A stretch of 63,733 bases of DNA, filler included, from Calcarisporiella thermophila CBS 279.70 (Eukaryota > Fungi > Calcarisporiellomycota), in the NCBI RefSeq assembly GCF_041956535.1. It is 7 parts of 7 records of this genome, joined end to end, with 100 filler letters (N's around TTAATTAATTAA, not from the genome) between each part and the next. Parts side by side here need not be neighbours in the genome. Positions count along the whole stretch, not along the records: positions 1 to 14,726 come from NW_027192208.1; positions 14,827 to 25,148 come from NW_027192196.1; positions 25,249 to 42,886 come from NW_027192209.1; 4 more parts are not named here. One strand, written 5' to 3'. Position numbers and translations under genes: made by a program. Shown one piece after another: positions 11,607-25,790 of the stretch. Position 1 is the stretch's first letter. The number at the start of each line of letters is the position of its first letter. The notes under the pieces were generated by a model, which was not told the origin of the DNA, did not search any database, and saw nothing but the letters and a program-made list of their open reading frames with translations.

Positions 11607-14100
11607 TTGAGTTCTAATATTTCAGATAAATTATCCGAGTTTCGACAAGCACTTAACGAGTCAGAACAGCCATTTTCCCAAGATTTAGGGGCGAGCATCC
11701 CACAAGGGGGGAGAACACAGCACTTAGCCAATGAATGGAAAATGAATAGGCAGGGACTGGAGTACGATCGCACCGGAAGGAGACTTAGTTTTGAGGCGCT
11801 GCCATTCGAACCAGCACCAGTACTCAGAAATTTCTCAAAATTAGTGGAAGATGCATTAGAAGGAAACATTGAATACATTGGAAATTATACCTCGATGGCA
11901 CCTGTCTGTTGCACCCATCAGACCAAAAAGCAGGAGGACGTGTAACCCTTCTAGTGGAACGTCAAGGGGTACTTCAGGTTCCTAATCAACAAGTTAAGAC
12001 TCAAACTGTCAATAATGGAAACACCGAACGATACTGCTTAGGCGGAAGTGATAAGTCAAAGGGTTGTGAGAACAGACACATTCGAATACGAATAGACAAC
12101 GCCACAGCAGTGGCCTACATTCAAAATCAACGAAGCATGTAAAATCGTTCTCACTTCAACATTGCAACCACGATCTTGGAGATATGTATCGAACACAGCA
12201 TCCATAAGGCCACAGAACACCTCCCAGGAAGTCAAAACGACAAGGTAGACACAGGAAACTAGAGAAAATCCCCGTATTCCGACTGACAGCGTGGAACTCA
12301 TATCAATAAGAATCGGAGAGAGATGACAATAGGTTTTTACGCACCATGCGTCAACACGAAACTCCACCGGCTCCTATAGATTAGAAACAGGCCCGGAGAC
12401 AGATGCATTAACGCAGAAATGGCCGACGAGAGGTGCTCAGGCAAATCCACTATGAACAATACTCTCAAAATTACTCTGAGAAAATTTGGCAATACGAATG
12501 GGAGAAAGGGTAGTCATTGTGCAAAACTAACTGGTCCGCTTTGATTGGAAAGCACGTGCTTTAGAACTTAACACTCCAACCACCAATAATGCTCAATACG
12601 CAACCCCTAGGATCAACGACAGCACTCGCGAGACGCCCGGTAATCACTGGAGGTTTTAAGGATGTTCTCGAAACACAGATTGTTGAGAAATTTGTCAACC
12701 TCATCACAAAGGCCGAAAGGAAAATCACTAGGTAGCATTGCATATTGGCATGTAAGTAGCGTATTACTTGGTGCAGGGAGAACGGTAGAGATCCGCGCAA
12801 CAATAATTTGGCTGCAGCCAAAGAATGTCTAGCAGAGTTGTGCAGAAGATTCGGCCATGCACTCCTTCGGGTCTACAAGGCAGCAATCTCTTGCATTCGG
12901 CAACTACTGCATCTTGAAAAAACTCCCATGGCGAACTAACCAATGAACTAGAAAGTCATCAATGGAGCCGGAGAAAACGTGCGCAACCATTTCGGAATGT
13001 ATGAAGGTCTAGGTTTAGATAGGGAGACTTGAAAAACTTTGTGTTAAGCTTAATGGCTGGAGAGTCGCCTTTACCTCGACTTGACCAAAAAAAAAAAATA
13101 CAGCTCTGTTGTCTGCTCTAACAGCCATCCGTGGACCGAGATTGGATTTGGCGAAAAATAAAAGAAACATATCCGACTACGGACGATGACGGGAGAGCCG
13201 GATTTAGATCCAACTACGGCAACACACCTCCATATAAAACAAACCATAATATGACAGGTTCGCGGCCACTTTCATAACAGCAGAGAGCCCACCTGCACCA
13301 TAGTGGCATGATAGAGAGCAAACAGATTTGCCGAATCAAACATCTTGCCAACAGCCCACTCAACCGGATGCATCTCTGCCTCTCATGCATTACTTCAATG
13401 CTTTTTCTTAGGCACAATCTTGGGAGGCAGCAAACTGAGCCTTATCAGCGACCTGCGAACGATTCTAACATCGAGCAGGGATGGTCAACGTTCTATTGGA
13501 TATACTCTTGCGGCGAAATTGCATCCGGCGAATGAGGGTTGGGCATGATGCCTATGCGGCATGATTTTGGCCGAATCCGTGAAGACTATTAGCAAGAGCC
13601 CGAGGGAAATAGGCCCAGATGCCTATCCGTTACGCCCATACGATCGGACTCGGGAGGCTAGTAACGGGACAGCCACCCGATTGATAGGGTTACTTGCCGT
13701 TGACATTCCCGCCCTTTGTATCGAATCAGTTTCAAGAACCTTAACTTTGTTTTATCTCGAAGAGCGTGGCGTGACGGGTGGCCTGCAGACTGCCTTTGAA
13801 GCCCGGTATGCGGCTTTCTTGTTCCCATGGAATCCTGGCGGGTGCATTGAGGTAGATGCTCAAGCATCGGCCATTTGGCAAGGCGATGTCCTCGCTTTTG
13901 CCTGAGCCGGGTTATGGACGAGAGGAGGAATAAGCAATAATATTAACAAGCGGTGCCGGTACTCAAAGCAGGCATCATGGAGAAATGCGAGTTTTTCAAA
14001 TCAAAACCCTGGTACCCTGGTACTTCTTCATTTAGGATCATGAGTCCCTGGAAAGGACGCAGGAGAGCGCTTGTTCAACCTTTCTCCTCTATGTCCAGCA
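11607..14100 (+). mobile_element. Degenerate DIRS-type (tyrosine recombinase) retrotransposon relic
   Basis: RNase H-like IRIRIDNATAVAYIQNQ (ORF 11909-12142), followed by broken methyltransferase-like and recombinase-like text with many stops; right boundary uncertain. Confidence 0.65.
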
Positions 14101-14669
14101 AATAGTTTTGAAGTATCTAAGTTTTGGAAGTCAATGTCATTATGTAGCTACGATTTCCCTCTCGAATGCTTATCTTGGATAAGGGCCCCATTACATAAAG
14201 CCTAACCTGTACATTTACACCAATTTTTTCTCTAATCAATTCACGTAATTTATCCGCGGCAATGTATTTTCCTGTATTCGCTTGATATATATATCATTTG
14301 ATTTTGAATTCAGTTTAGGCAGTATTAACACCGCGAGCACTATGCTCGAGGTCGAATTTACTGCAGCTTAAATCGGCATTTTTTTTTATTTTTTTCAATT
14401 TTTCAATAAAATTTTCTAGATGCACTCCTCTGGCGTGCGCTACCACTCCCAGCGGGAGTCAGCGTTAGCTAATAGCAGAGACCTATAATGTAGCAAGACT
14501 AACCTGATCCAATGTTGGAATTTTCAATCAGAGTATATTCATCACCAGTTCAAAAAAGAAAGACAAATAGCTCAACTATTTAAGAATAACAAGATATCGT
14601 AAACAGGTAATATAGTTTATACGCAAACAAGTAAAAATCAGGCTTAAATTAAAATACTGACAATTTCAG

Positions 14670-14725
14670 AATAGACTGCGGACTTTGTCAGCAGTCCACG
14701 CTTCAGGATGATGAGGCCGATTTAT
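14670..14725 (+). repeat. 56-bp terminal repeat, probably DIRS inverted terminal repeat
   Basis: Exact reverse complement of 25258-25313; diverged copy at about 58046-58100 upstream of a DIRS gag. Confidence 0.8.
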
Positions 14726-14726
14726 C

Positions 14727-14826
14727 NNNNNNNNNNNNNNNNNNNNNNNNNNNNNNNNNNNNNNNNNNNNTTAATTAATTAANNNNNNNNNNNNNNNNNN
14801 NNNNNNNNNNNNNNNNNNNNNNNNNN
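14727..14826. other. Artificial assembly linker
   Basis: N44-TTAATTAATTAA-N44, stop codons in all six frames. Confidence 0.97.
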
Positions 14827-15372
14827 AGCCCACCCGCCACAACCCAAGAGTACAGCACAGATCCGTAGGACTTCTCAAAGCTAGGGAACAAGGATAGCAG
14901 ACACCGTTTTTAAATAACTTTGTTTTCAGTATTATTACCTTTTTACAATTAATTCTAAAAACAGCAATTTGGAAAAAATTTGATCAATATTTTACTTCAA
15001 TTTTATACTTTTTTATATTTTATTATTACTTTCTGTAACTATGAATAAAGCACGATTTGGGCTCCGAAGGAGCAGATACCATCCAGGGAGAGAACCTTGG
15101 GCTCTCACCCAAAGGGAATTGTAATAAATCATACGGAGTTAAATCTTTCTCTCCAACTTAAAATCCCCGTCACATGTACAACAAAGTTGGATGCGCTGAG
15201 ACAATGAATGTATAGCCATTCCATTTGGTTAATAGTACATTGGCCGAACTATGAATGATAATACAACTAAAAAAATATGTATACAGATGTTTTCCTGCTT
15301 TATTTTCTTATATTATTTTTATATTTTTCTAAGGATGTTATTCGATTCAAAAATATCTTTATTCATGCCTAA

Positions 15373-17452
15373 CTACATCTTGCTCCATCTTCCCACTGCT
15401 GTCAAAGTGGGTAGTGAGATCGGGAGAGTTTTTGACCGATTATGCTTCAAATGGCTTTTTACAAGTTGTCCCGCTGCCAATGCTGAGCAAAGGCTCAACT
15501 CACCAGCCATACAGGCAGCACATATAATTCGAGCTAAACGCTGTGAATTGGCACCCGGTTGAGTTGCGTGAGGACCTCGTACACCCAGCAAGTCAAGCAT
15601 TGTTGACTGGGCCGGAAGACCTGTTCCTCCCCCGATGGTACCAACTTCGATAGAATTCATTGTGCAGGATATGTAAAGATCGCGATTGTTGTTTAACCTA
15701 TAATAAGATTTTACATTTGTCTAAAGTTCTGCAAGCAGAATATAAATCGAATACTTACCCTTTCATCAGGGTAATGCAATTAGAGCTCTCTACATTCTGT
15801 GCCGGATCCTGCCCGGTTGCAATGAATATTGCAGTTAAAACATTAGCCACATGGGCATTAAACCCGCCAATTGAACCTGCCATTGCTGAACCAATCAAAT
15901 TTTTGCTCGTGTTCAATTCCACCAGTGTATCTACACTGGTTTTGAGCACCGTGTGAACAATCTCCTCTGGGATTACTGCTTCTGCTACTACTGATTTTCC
16001 CCGTCCTTCAATCCAGTTTATTGCTGCAGGCTTCTTATCTGTGCAATAATTTCCTGAAACAGAAATGACACGCATACTTGGGAATTTTTCCTGCAATGAG
16101 GCCATTATTCTCTCGCACCCCTTAGACACCATGTTCATCCCCATTGCATCACCAGTTGTTGCGGTAAATCGTATGAACACTAATCGACCCGCCAGCGCAA
16201 CTTTCAAATCCTTAAGCCTTGCATATCTGCTGGTTGAATTGAAGATTTCCGCCGCCCAAGAACTTCCTTCCTTCTCAAGCCACCCTTTTGCTTCTGCAGC
16301 AAGCGCAATGCTTGGAAACTCTACCACAGGTCCACGGGTCATTCCATCTTTTATCAGAACTGTGGAAACCCCTCCACTCATGTTGAGGACTTTACAGCCG
16401 CGTGCCGTCGAAGCCACCAAGGCCCCTTCAGTAGTTGCCATTGGTATCTGGACCATCTCACTATCGATTTGCAATGGGCCGGCTACTCCCACTGGAATAG
16501 GTACATATCCTATCACATTTTCGCAGCATGCACCTAATACTCTAGTATAGTCATAGTGGTGCATTGGTAATGCGTCTATTTCAAATTTCCTTTTCATAAT
16601 TTGACGAGAGACGAGCGATCGCCTTATGTGAACTGCTCGCGTGCAATCTTTAAGGACATTTTCAAGCGCATATGGTGAGATTTTCTTGTGTTGTAGTAGC
16701 AAAAGGATCTCTTCGTTGCTCAACATCTCGGCCCCAAATGAGTTGTCTCTTAGGGTTTTATGGTTTTCTTCAATTGACTCCGGCCCTGTTCCAGTTAGAC
16801 TATCTGCTGTATTTGGTATTAATATGCCTCCCCTATTAGTTGCATTATTTATACCCGTTTCTACAGTGACAGTAGTATGCATTGTTGCTCTATGCTTATT
16901 AGGCTGGTGATACGGTTTAATTAATCGCTTATTGCCGGCTTTAAACCTATTTATAAAGAGGAGAGAAACATTAAAGAAATTAATGAAGTGAGAAATAATA
17001 CTTTCAGCCAATTTGGCATAATGGTGGTGAATTAAAATTAATTCGAACCTCTACGCAAATTATTACCTTAAGAGCAATGCTTTACCGATATCTCCCAAAT
17101 TTTGCGAGGTAAAAAGCGGCAATAATGATGAACAGGAGCCACATAAAAGGGCCATAATGAAGAATAATCTTGAAATAATCATATGGACATTTGCGAACAA
17201 TGGGACAGAAACGGCTAGCGACATATGGTGGATCTGACGGATTAAAACAAACAGAGCACTGTCCTTTGTGCCAATAGTGCAGAGCATGACATTGGGATTG
17301 ACATTATGACTAGTAATAGTGCAAGCTCGAATAAAGCAAATGTATATGAGAGCCCCAATGAAGATAAAAGTAAAAGCAATTCTCATATGGCTCCTATCAG
17401 TATACCGCATAGTGTAATCCAATATGCTCTCTGTTCTCAACTTAACCAGCAT
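15373..17452 (-). CDS. HMG1: Class I HMG-CoA reductase, about 632 aa, short N-terminal membrane region
   Basis: Exons 17452-17067, 16946-15759, 15697-15373 total 1899 nt in frame; [63 protein letters not shown]. Confidence 0.95.
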
Positions 17453-18523
17453 GATAATTGAAGAATTAATACAAAACTTGTGAAGAGCATAAAATAATTA
17501 GAAATCAAACAGAAAAAAATTGCTAGGAGTTGGTAGTATAAAGTGAAAATACTAAATTACTAATCGCAAATAGTAATAAGTTAGAAAGATAGTGAGCTGA
17601 AATAGAGTGCGTTTATATGCTGCGATTACCTTGAATGCGAACGAAACTAGTTGTTCTAGACGTGAACAATGCAAATAGCATATCTAGTTTATATTCATAT
17701 TAACTTGGGCCAATTGAACCTCTTTCTTATCTCTCTTATCGATTTTTGGGAATGAATACAAATATCCTTGAACGTTTCGGGCACCTTCTAAGATTTGCTT
17801 TTATATAAAACTTTCAGATGTGAGGATAAGGATGGAATCTACTTATTTTGACCAATCGGACAATTTCCATTATTTGGCGAGATTTTCTTCGAACGCCTTC
17901 ATCACCTGGGAAATATTCCTTGACCTGCATACCGACCGAGATGGATTGGATGGATAGAATGATATGGATGTATCCTTATATACAAAAAAAAAAATACAGG
18001 ACTATTGTATTACATCTTACCTCGTTTACTAATATTTGAAAATGCGAATGAAATCACTAATTCAAAAATTATTTCTTTTTAGGAGGGTCTCGAATTACTT
18101 CCTGGAGGTTCTTTGTCGAGAATATAAATAATATTTCGTTTATACTCACCTCAATGGTCCAGTCCCTTGAATAAATATCGCAGTTCTAAAAAGATAATTA
18201 AGTAATTACTGCTGCCTCAACGGCTTGAGTCTATATTAGTGAAAACCTTTTGAATTGTCGGGATAAGAAAATCTTCACGGGAATAATCGAGAATTTTATT
18301 GGTGCAGATTAGACGATATAAGCGAGTTTGTCTTGCTATTTTAATTCGAGACCAAGTTCCCCAGGTCTGTTATTTAAAAATTCAGTCATATATCAAGTAG
18401 AATAAGTGAGAAATTTTCAAAAAGTCAAAACCTGTGTTGCATTTTCAAAGTTGTCACCTCTAGAATATATGATCATATTTTAACAGTAGTCTCCTTATAA
18501 TTTCACAATATCTTTGAAGAATA

Positions 18524-19703
<1,180 letters not shown>

Positions 19704-19914
19704 ACCACTTAAGCTGTATCTCTCTAAGCCATGACACAGACATCCAAAATTTCCCCAACCGATTCGATGAATAGCAATATTTATTTTTATCATTTTAGCC
19801 TATATCTCTTGATCATTATATCATCAGATTATTTGACTATCAATGGATGTTTTAGGTTGTTGAATTCTTCTTAACAGGCAATTCGTCTCATTATATAACG
19901 AAATGATTTCACAA

Positions 19915-20760
19915 TTAAATGCGAGAAGCCACAAGAATGAGATAACCCATCTCTGATATGTCTGCCATTGGTGATATAATAGAAGCTATGGAATCGATAG
20001 ACTGACTATCTATCAGTGAATTCAGATGCGCTCCATTTTCGCGAAATATCCCACATAAAGCAGAAAATGTTTTTTTTGTGTTATTCGATATATCTATCAA
20101 ACGATCCAATTTGAGGCCTGCTTTTGAGATAAGTTCTGGATACTCCTCCAAACTTGCAAGAGGGGACATCATAAACCCTCTCCTAAACGTCTCTATGGTT
20201 TCATTAACTTGCGGGGAGTTGCTTGCATGGCAAAATATATCAGTAAGCACAAGACGGCCACCGGGGCGCAGAACCTTTGCAACCTGCTGAAGTGTTTTGA
20301 GGCGATCCATATGAATTATGGATTCCAAGGCCCATACTGCATCAAATGAATTTGGCGGGAAAGGTAGGTCCATTGCATCGGCAAATTCGAAAGACACTTG
20401 TCCCGCCATTCCTGATTTAATAGCATTTTCTGTCGCCTGTTTCACTTGCGACTCACTAATACTAATACCCACGACTTTGGCCCCGGTCTTACGTGCAAGA
20501 TGAATTGCTGGTCCTCCTACTCCGCAACCAATATCAAGGACCCGCTCCCCTGATTTAACATCTATTTTTTCAATCAAAATATCTGTTAAATTTTCTGCTG
20601 CCTTAGGAAATGAGCTTTCATCTTCAGAATTTTCCCAGAACCCGTAATGTATACAGTCGCTTCCTGTAGCGGAAGTAAAAGCGGAGGAGATTAAGTTATA
20701 ATATTCTCCTACTTGTTCGGTAGATGGTACTTCGATTGAAGCTACTGCACAATTGGTCAT
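19915..20760 (-). CDS. Class I SAM-dependent methyltransferase, intronless, 281 aa, natural-product O/C-MT-like
   Basis: IHYGFW, VLDIGCGVGGPA (motif I), ADAMDLPFPPNSFDAVWALESIIHM, VLRPGGRLVLTD. Confidence 0.9.
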   Translation of the reverse strand: MTNCAVASIEVPSTEQVGEYYNLISSAFTSATGSDCIHYGFWENSEDESSFPKAAENLTDILIEKIDVKSGERVLDIGCGVGGPAIHLARKTGAKVVGISISESQVKQATENAIKSGMAGQVSFEFADAMDLPFPPNSFDAVWALESIIHMDRLKTLQQVAKVLRPGGRLVLTDIFCHASNSPQVNETIETFRRGFMMSPLASLEEYPELISKAGLKLDRLIDISNNTKKTFSALCGIFRENGAHLNSLIDSQSIDSIASIISPMADISEMGYLILVASRI

Positions 20761-20920
20761 TCTTAATACTGGGGTGAAGGATAAAATGATAAATTGTAAA
20801 AATATTTTTCATTGTAATACGGAAGAGACAGATTATATATATATTTTACCAGAATAAATCTTTTTTCTCTAGAATCTTATTTAGAGATATGTAAGTATAA
20901 TACGAGTATGACGCTTTTAT

Positions 20921-20964
20921 GATTTAGGCGTATATTTGATTTAGGCGTATATTTGATTTAGGCG
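20921..20964. repeat. 17-bp tandem repeat, about 2.6 copies
   Basis: Unit gatttaggcgtatattt in the MT/P450 divergent intergenic region. Confidence 0.85.
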
Positions 20965-21674
20965 CAAATATGATAATGCAATCTATTAATAAGTTGCTGG
21001 TTATGTGCAAATATAATGATGCGCCTCTGTTTATTATACTAATATGAATACTTTTTTAGTATTGTTTAGCCTGATCACATCAGTAAACTTTTTCGTTTTA
21101 CATTTCTAAAGTTAGGAAAAAAATCCTTATTATGGTTGTATTGAAACCACAACGGCATATATGTAATATAATGCAACCGTCTCTATGAAAAAAAAAAAAA
21201 AATGCTTAAATGCTTCAATTATCCAATCAAAATTTAAACCTGTTGCCAAATTAGTCGATTCTAGGCTGGAAAATACTACCCGAGAAAATGGACTTCAATT
21301 AATCGGGCCAAATAATAGAAATATCCCGATTGGCCAAACTCAAAAGGAACGGGGAGGATTTAAAATCTGATAGTAGAGTGAGCATTCTTTCTTTTACACT
21401 GACGGAATGGCTAGATCTTCTATAAATTAGGCTTCAAGTTTTAGTTTAGATATTTGAAATAAATATAGGCGTGATAAGAAAAACACTCATTTTTCTAACT
21501 CTCTTTACAGCCTACTGTATTTTTGAATTGATGTTCTAGATTAATACCTTATTCTATTTAGTTCGGAGTCAAATAATAAAAATTTGAAATAGCATAATTG
21601 AAAATTTACATAATATAAATAATCTGAGGATTGAACCTGGATTTTTTTTACAATTATTTCTTCAAAATTTTATC

Positions 21675-23491
21675 ATGTTCAACCAATCCTTGGTTACAGC
21701 TATAACATCCATATCAACAATTGCTATAGCATACTTTGCTTCTGCTATATTATTCAAAAAGTTTAAATACTCTCATCTTCCTCGTGTATCATGGGAATCG
21801 GCCAATTTCCTTGAGCGCATTCTACCAGGTGTGCGTTTAACAGATATCGCTGACCGCCTCATCGAAATTGCCCGAAATCCTAATTATCAGCCATTATGTG
21901 TTCTACGCGTATTTCCTCGCGATATTGTGTTTATAAATTCGTTGCAGGGCATGAAGGAAGCACTCGTTCATGGGCAGGCAAATTACAATGGAAAAAACAA
22001 AGTTGAAAGAGGACCCCTTTTTCGCTCTATGATCTTGTGGACGTTTGGGGGCAATAATATTGGAACTGTCATTGATAACGTAAATTGATATTTCAAATGC
22101 TTGGCTTTTTTATATTACTGAATATTTCTTACTAACTGAACATATCTCGATATTAGGAATGGAAATGGCGTCGCCACGCAATGGCTCCTACTTTTCAACC
22201 CAGAAAACTAGTTCCATCTCTTCTTACATATGTAGTCCAACGTGCTAATCAACTTATTGATGAAATTGATATTAAATCGCAGGAGGGAATAGCTTTGAAT
22301 GTTGACAAAGAATTCGTTAATTTGACATCAGATGTGATATGTCAATGTCTTTTTGGCCTTGCTGGAGAGGACGAATTAGATTATTCTGATATCGGAGGGA
22401 AAGATAATATTGGGGTAAAAGCTATCAATTTTTATAATAACTTACAATCTTTAATTAACTAGAAAAAGTAGCCTATGCTTCAAGATTTGAATTCAGGATT
22501 TATTTCCCCTTGGCAATTTATTCCAATCGTGAATAAAACCGAGTGGGCTAAGAGAAGTTTCAGCAGGAGTCGTGATCGTATTCATTCCTTCATCTACAAG
22601 GCTATTGAAAAATCGCTTGCTACTTATTCCTCAGTTACTGACAAGAATAAGTTACCTCTGGTATGTATTCTGGCAGAAATGCCGCAGTACTGCGGAAAAG
22701 AAGGTCGGACAGCTCTTATGCATGAAATGCTTCTCGTCCTCTTTGCCGGCCACGACACTACTTCACATACATGCTCCTTTGCTTTTGGCGAGATTGCAAG
22801 GCGGCCTGAAGTACAAAAGAATATTCTTGCAGAGGTTCGAGGTATTTTTGGCGACTTGGTTAAGGTTGACCCTAAAGAGGTTCTGCCTGAACACTTGAAT
22901 AAATTCAACTACACAACCGCGGTAATGAGAGAGACACTAAGGGTTTACCCCGCTATAGTTGTATTTAACGCCCATGTAAAGGATGATCTTGATATCTGTG
23001 GAAAAATGATTCCGGCCGGTAAGACTCATTTGTTTTTTATTATACTCCTTTATAGAGTATTTTGTGAGTTAATAGGCGAAGAAAACTTCTTTAAATATTA
23101 AATTTTCTCAATTATGCTCCTGTTAGATACCGATATACTCTGCAACGTCCGTGGAATTTTAATGGACCCAGAACTCTTCCCAAGTCCGGAAAAATTTGAT
23201 CCTGAACGTTGGACAACCTCCGTTGCAAATTCCAAAGCAAACGCTTATATTGAAGAGAAGTCTTCAATGGTAAATCAATGCATTCCGGAGGTTGCGTTTA
23301 ATGTCGGTCCACACACTTGCCTTGGTAGAAATCTGGCCACACTTGAGTTGCGTTGCTTAATTGCGTTACTGATTAACGCATTTCATCTCGAACTCAAAGA
23401 AAGTAATGGGATCAATCCGAAAGTCTATTTTACGATGAAGCCGGAGGGGGGAATTTGGATTAATTTCAAGAAACGCTGCTCTACTATGTAA
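21675..23491 (+). CDS. Cytochrome P450, 4 exons, unrelated to the three intronless P450s
   Basis: Exons approx 21675-22079, 22157-22414, 22472-23018, 23127-23491; N-terminal TM, WKWRR, FAGHDTTS (I helix), ETLR, PERW, FNVGPHTCLG (heme Cys). Confidence 0.92.
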
Positions 23492-23798
23492 CAAGACGTT
23501 TCATCTCCCTCATTAAATTAATGGAAATAAGGTAGCTATCATTGCATTTTTGTTAGTTTGTTAGATAATTGTTTTAAAGATGAATTTAGTTCGATCTTGA
23601 AAAAAGCCATAATGAGTTATTTTCTTATATCTTAAATACTCATGGCCCATTTAATGGGCTGTTAGCCAAATGAAATGCAGGCTATACATTCATTGTCTTG
23701 CGACCATCCAGCATGGTCACATTTGACTGCGCCACTTTATTACTCAACCAGCAAAATATAAAAGATTAAACAAACAGTAAATAATCCTCGGCCACTTC

Positions 23799-25313
23799 TT
23801 GCTCACACCGGTTACCGTTGGGCTAAGTATAATGTCATCCCAAGATGACCATGCTGGCGAGGTCTCTCTTCGAGCGGAGATGGAAATTCTTAAGTCTATG
23901 CTTGAGGAAATCAAGTCTAAACTGGAAGAGAACCGAGATGAGGAACGCGACGAGACGAGCAGCGAAAGCAGTGGTACTGCAGAAGATGAGCCTGACGAGC
24001 TCATATACGCTGCTAAGGCCAAACACTACCAAAGGATCCCACAATGGATGATGGACGCGTTCCCTCAAATCCTGGACCCCATTTTTTCACCCGAACACAA
24101 AATTCGGGACAGGGACCTTCGCGCAGAATGGTGGGCCCGCGCGCCAGCCATTCGCGATCAAGTTTATGACGCGCCAGCGATGCCAAGCAGCTTGCTTCAA
24201 GAGGCATCACATCAATCCAAAGCAAAAGATCGTTCACTGGCAGACTTCCAATCTCGTCTGGCCTTATCTACGAGAATAATCGACGCGCTTTTTCTTTCGG
24301 TCGCGAGATTCGTTGAAAATAATCGCGACGTGTTCCCAGATACTCTTTGCCAATATTGGCTGCAACTATATCGGGACATCACTTTTCAGATGCGAGACCA
24401 TCTCGCTACAATGTCAGAGTCAAGACTCGCAGAAATCAGACAAGCGGGTCAGTATAGCGCCAGCCTCCGCTATACAACTCCGGAGCACACCCTCATCCCC
24501 GAGGAGGTGGCCAGAGAATTCGCTAAGGAACGGAGAGCTGCATCCAAATCAAAAGTGAAGACGCGTAAGCAGCGTACAAGTTATAGAAATTCCAGGAAAC
24601 AGAGCGGAATCCGTAGCCGTTCGTAAAAACAGATTTAAACAAAATTCAAAAAAAGGATAATAAAATACTGTTGGAGAACGACCAGGCATGATCTAAGTCC
24701 GGATAGTTGTTGTGTTACGACGGTTATTTCATACTTATACAAATATGTATAAGCAAGTATCTTATCATCATTATTAGTCATCATCTCCTATTCTATCATA
24801 TATATATAGGATGTGCTTTCTCTCTTTTGAATTCTCTACTGGTGTGTGTTATTTGTGTTATCCCTTCTATCTGTCTTCTTTCCTTTTATTAATATACTCT
24901 TAATCAGTTCCAACAGGAGCCCGCAAGCTAACAAAACCAAGGCCGCTACTTAAGGACTCATTGGACATTACTTCAATATTCAATGAGCTTATGAGATGGG
25001 GACCTTCCACCAATATAAAAGCGAGAGATCTGAGGCGAAAACTGTGTTTCCTATGGGGCTTATGCCTTTTCGCTAGAGCTTCGGACTTGTATCGCATCGA
25101 CCCGGGGAGTATCATTTTGAGAGAAGATGGTCAACTGACCATCCTCTCNNNNNNNNNNNNNNNNNNNNNNNNNNNNNNNNNNNNNNNNNNNNTTAATTAA
25201 TTAANNNNNNNNNNNNNNNNNNNNNNNNNNNNNNNNNNNNNNNNNNNNTTTTATCCAATAAATCGGCCTCATCATCCTGAAGCGTGGACTGCTGACAAAG
25301 TCCGCAGTCTATT
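23799..25313 (+). mobile_element. Internally deleted DIRS-like element: gag-like ORF, tyrosine-recombinase fragment, terminal repeat across gap
   Basis: ORF 23799-24626 resembles gag-like ORF 57141-57692 (YDAPxM...D..LA); YR fragment DLRRKLCFLWGLCLFARASDL (24961-25148); repeat at 25258-25313. Confidence 0.75.
25149..25248. other. Artificial assembly linker
   Basis: N44-TTAATTAATTAA-N44. Confidence 0.97.
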
Positions 25314-25790
25314 TGAACTTATTCTATAGTGATTTTTGGTCTAACTTTCTACATTTTTAATAATATTCAAGAGTCTATAAGTGATCTATGCTGTAGCAGA
25401 ACGTGCGCTGCATATTTTTGAAATAAAATGAGAATAAAAATTAAAATAAAAAATAATGTGAAATGTTGCTAATTGTATAGGTCATTATTTAGTTCCCATG
25501 CTTGGGGGTGTGAAGGTATTTATCAACAACGTCAATCGAGTGAGTTATTTCAATATAGTTCTAAAGGTAAGAAGCAGATACGAAATATTCCGTTTTCGAG
25601 ACCATTTTCGCACTTGCAATCATGTATAAGCAATAGATAATAATATATTTAATGCATCAGAAGAGAATGGTAGAAATAATAAGAAATAAATAGCAATAGA
25701 ATACAGAGTACAAAGGGATCGTAAACTTTTGATACTAGAGTTTCTACGAAAAAAAAAAAAAACCAAATAAAAACAGACACAACAGCTAGG

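Noticed and set aside
14670-14725. Hammerhead ribozyme in the terminal repeat (gatgatgaggccg)
   Set aside because: Lacks the CUGANGA and GAAA core in all three copies.
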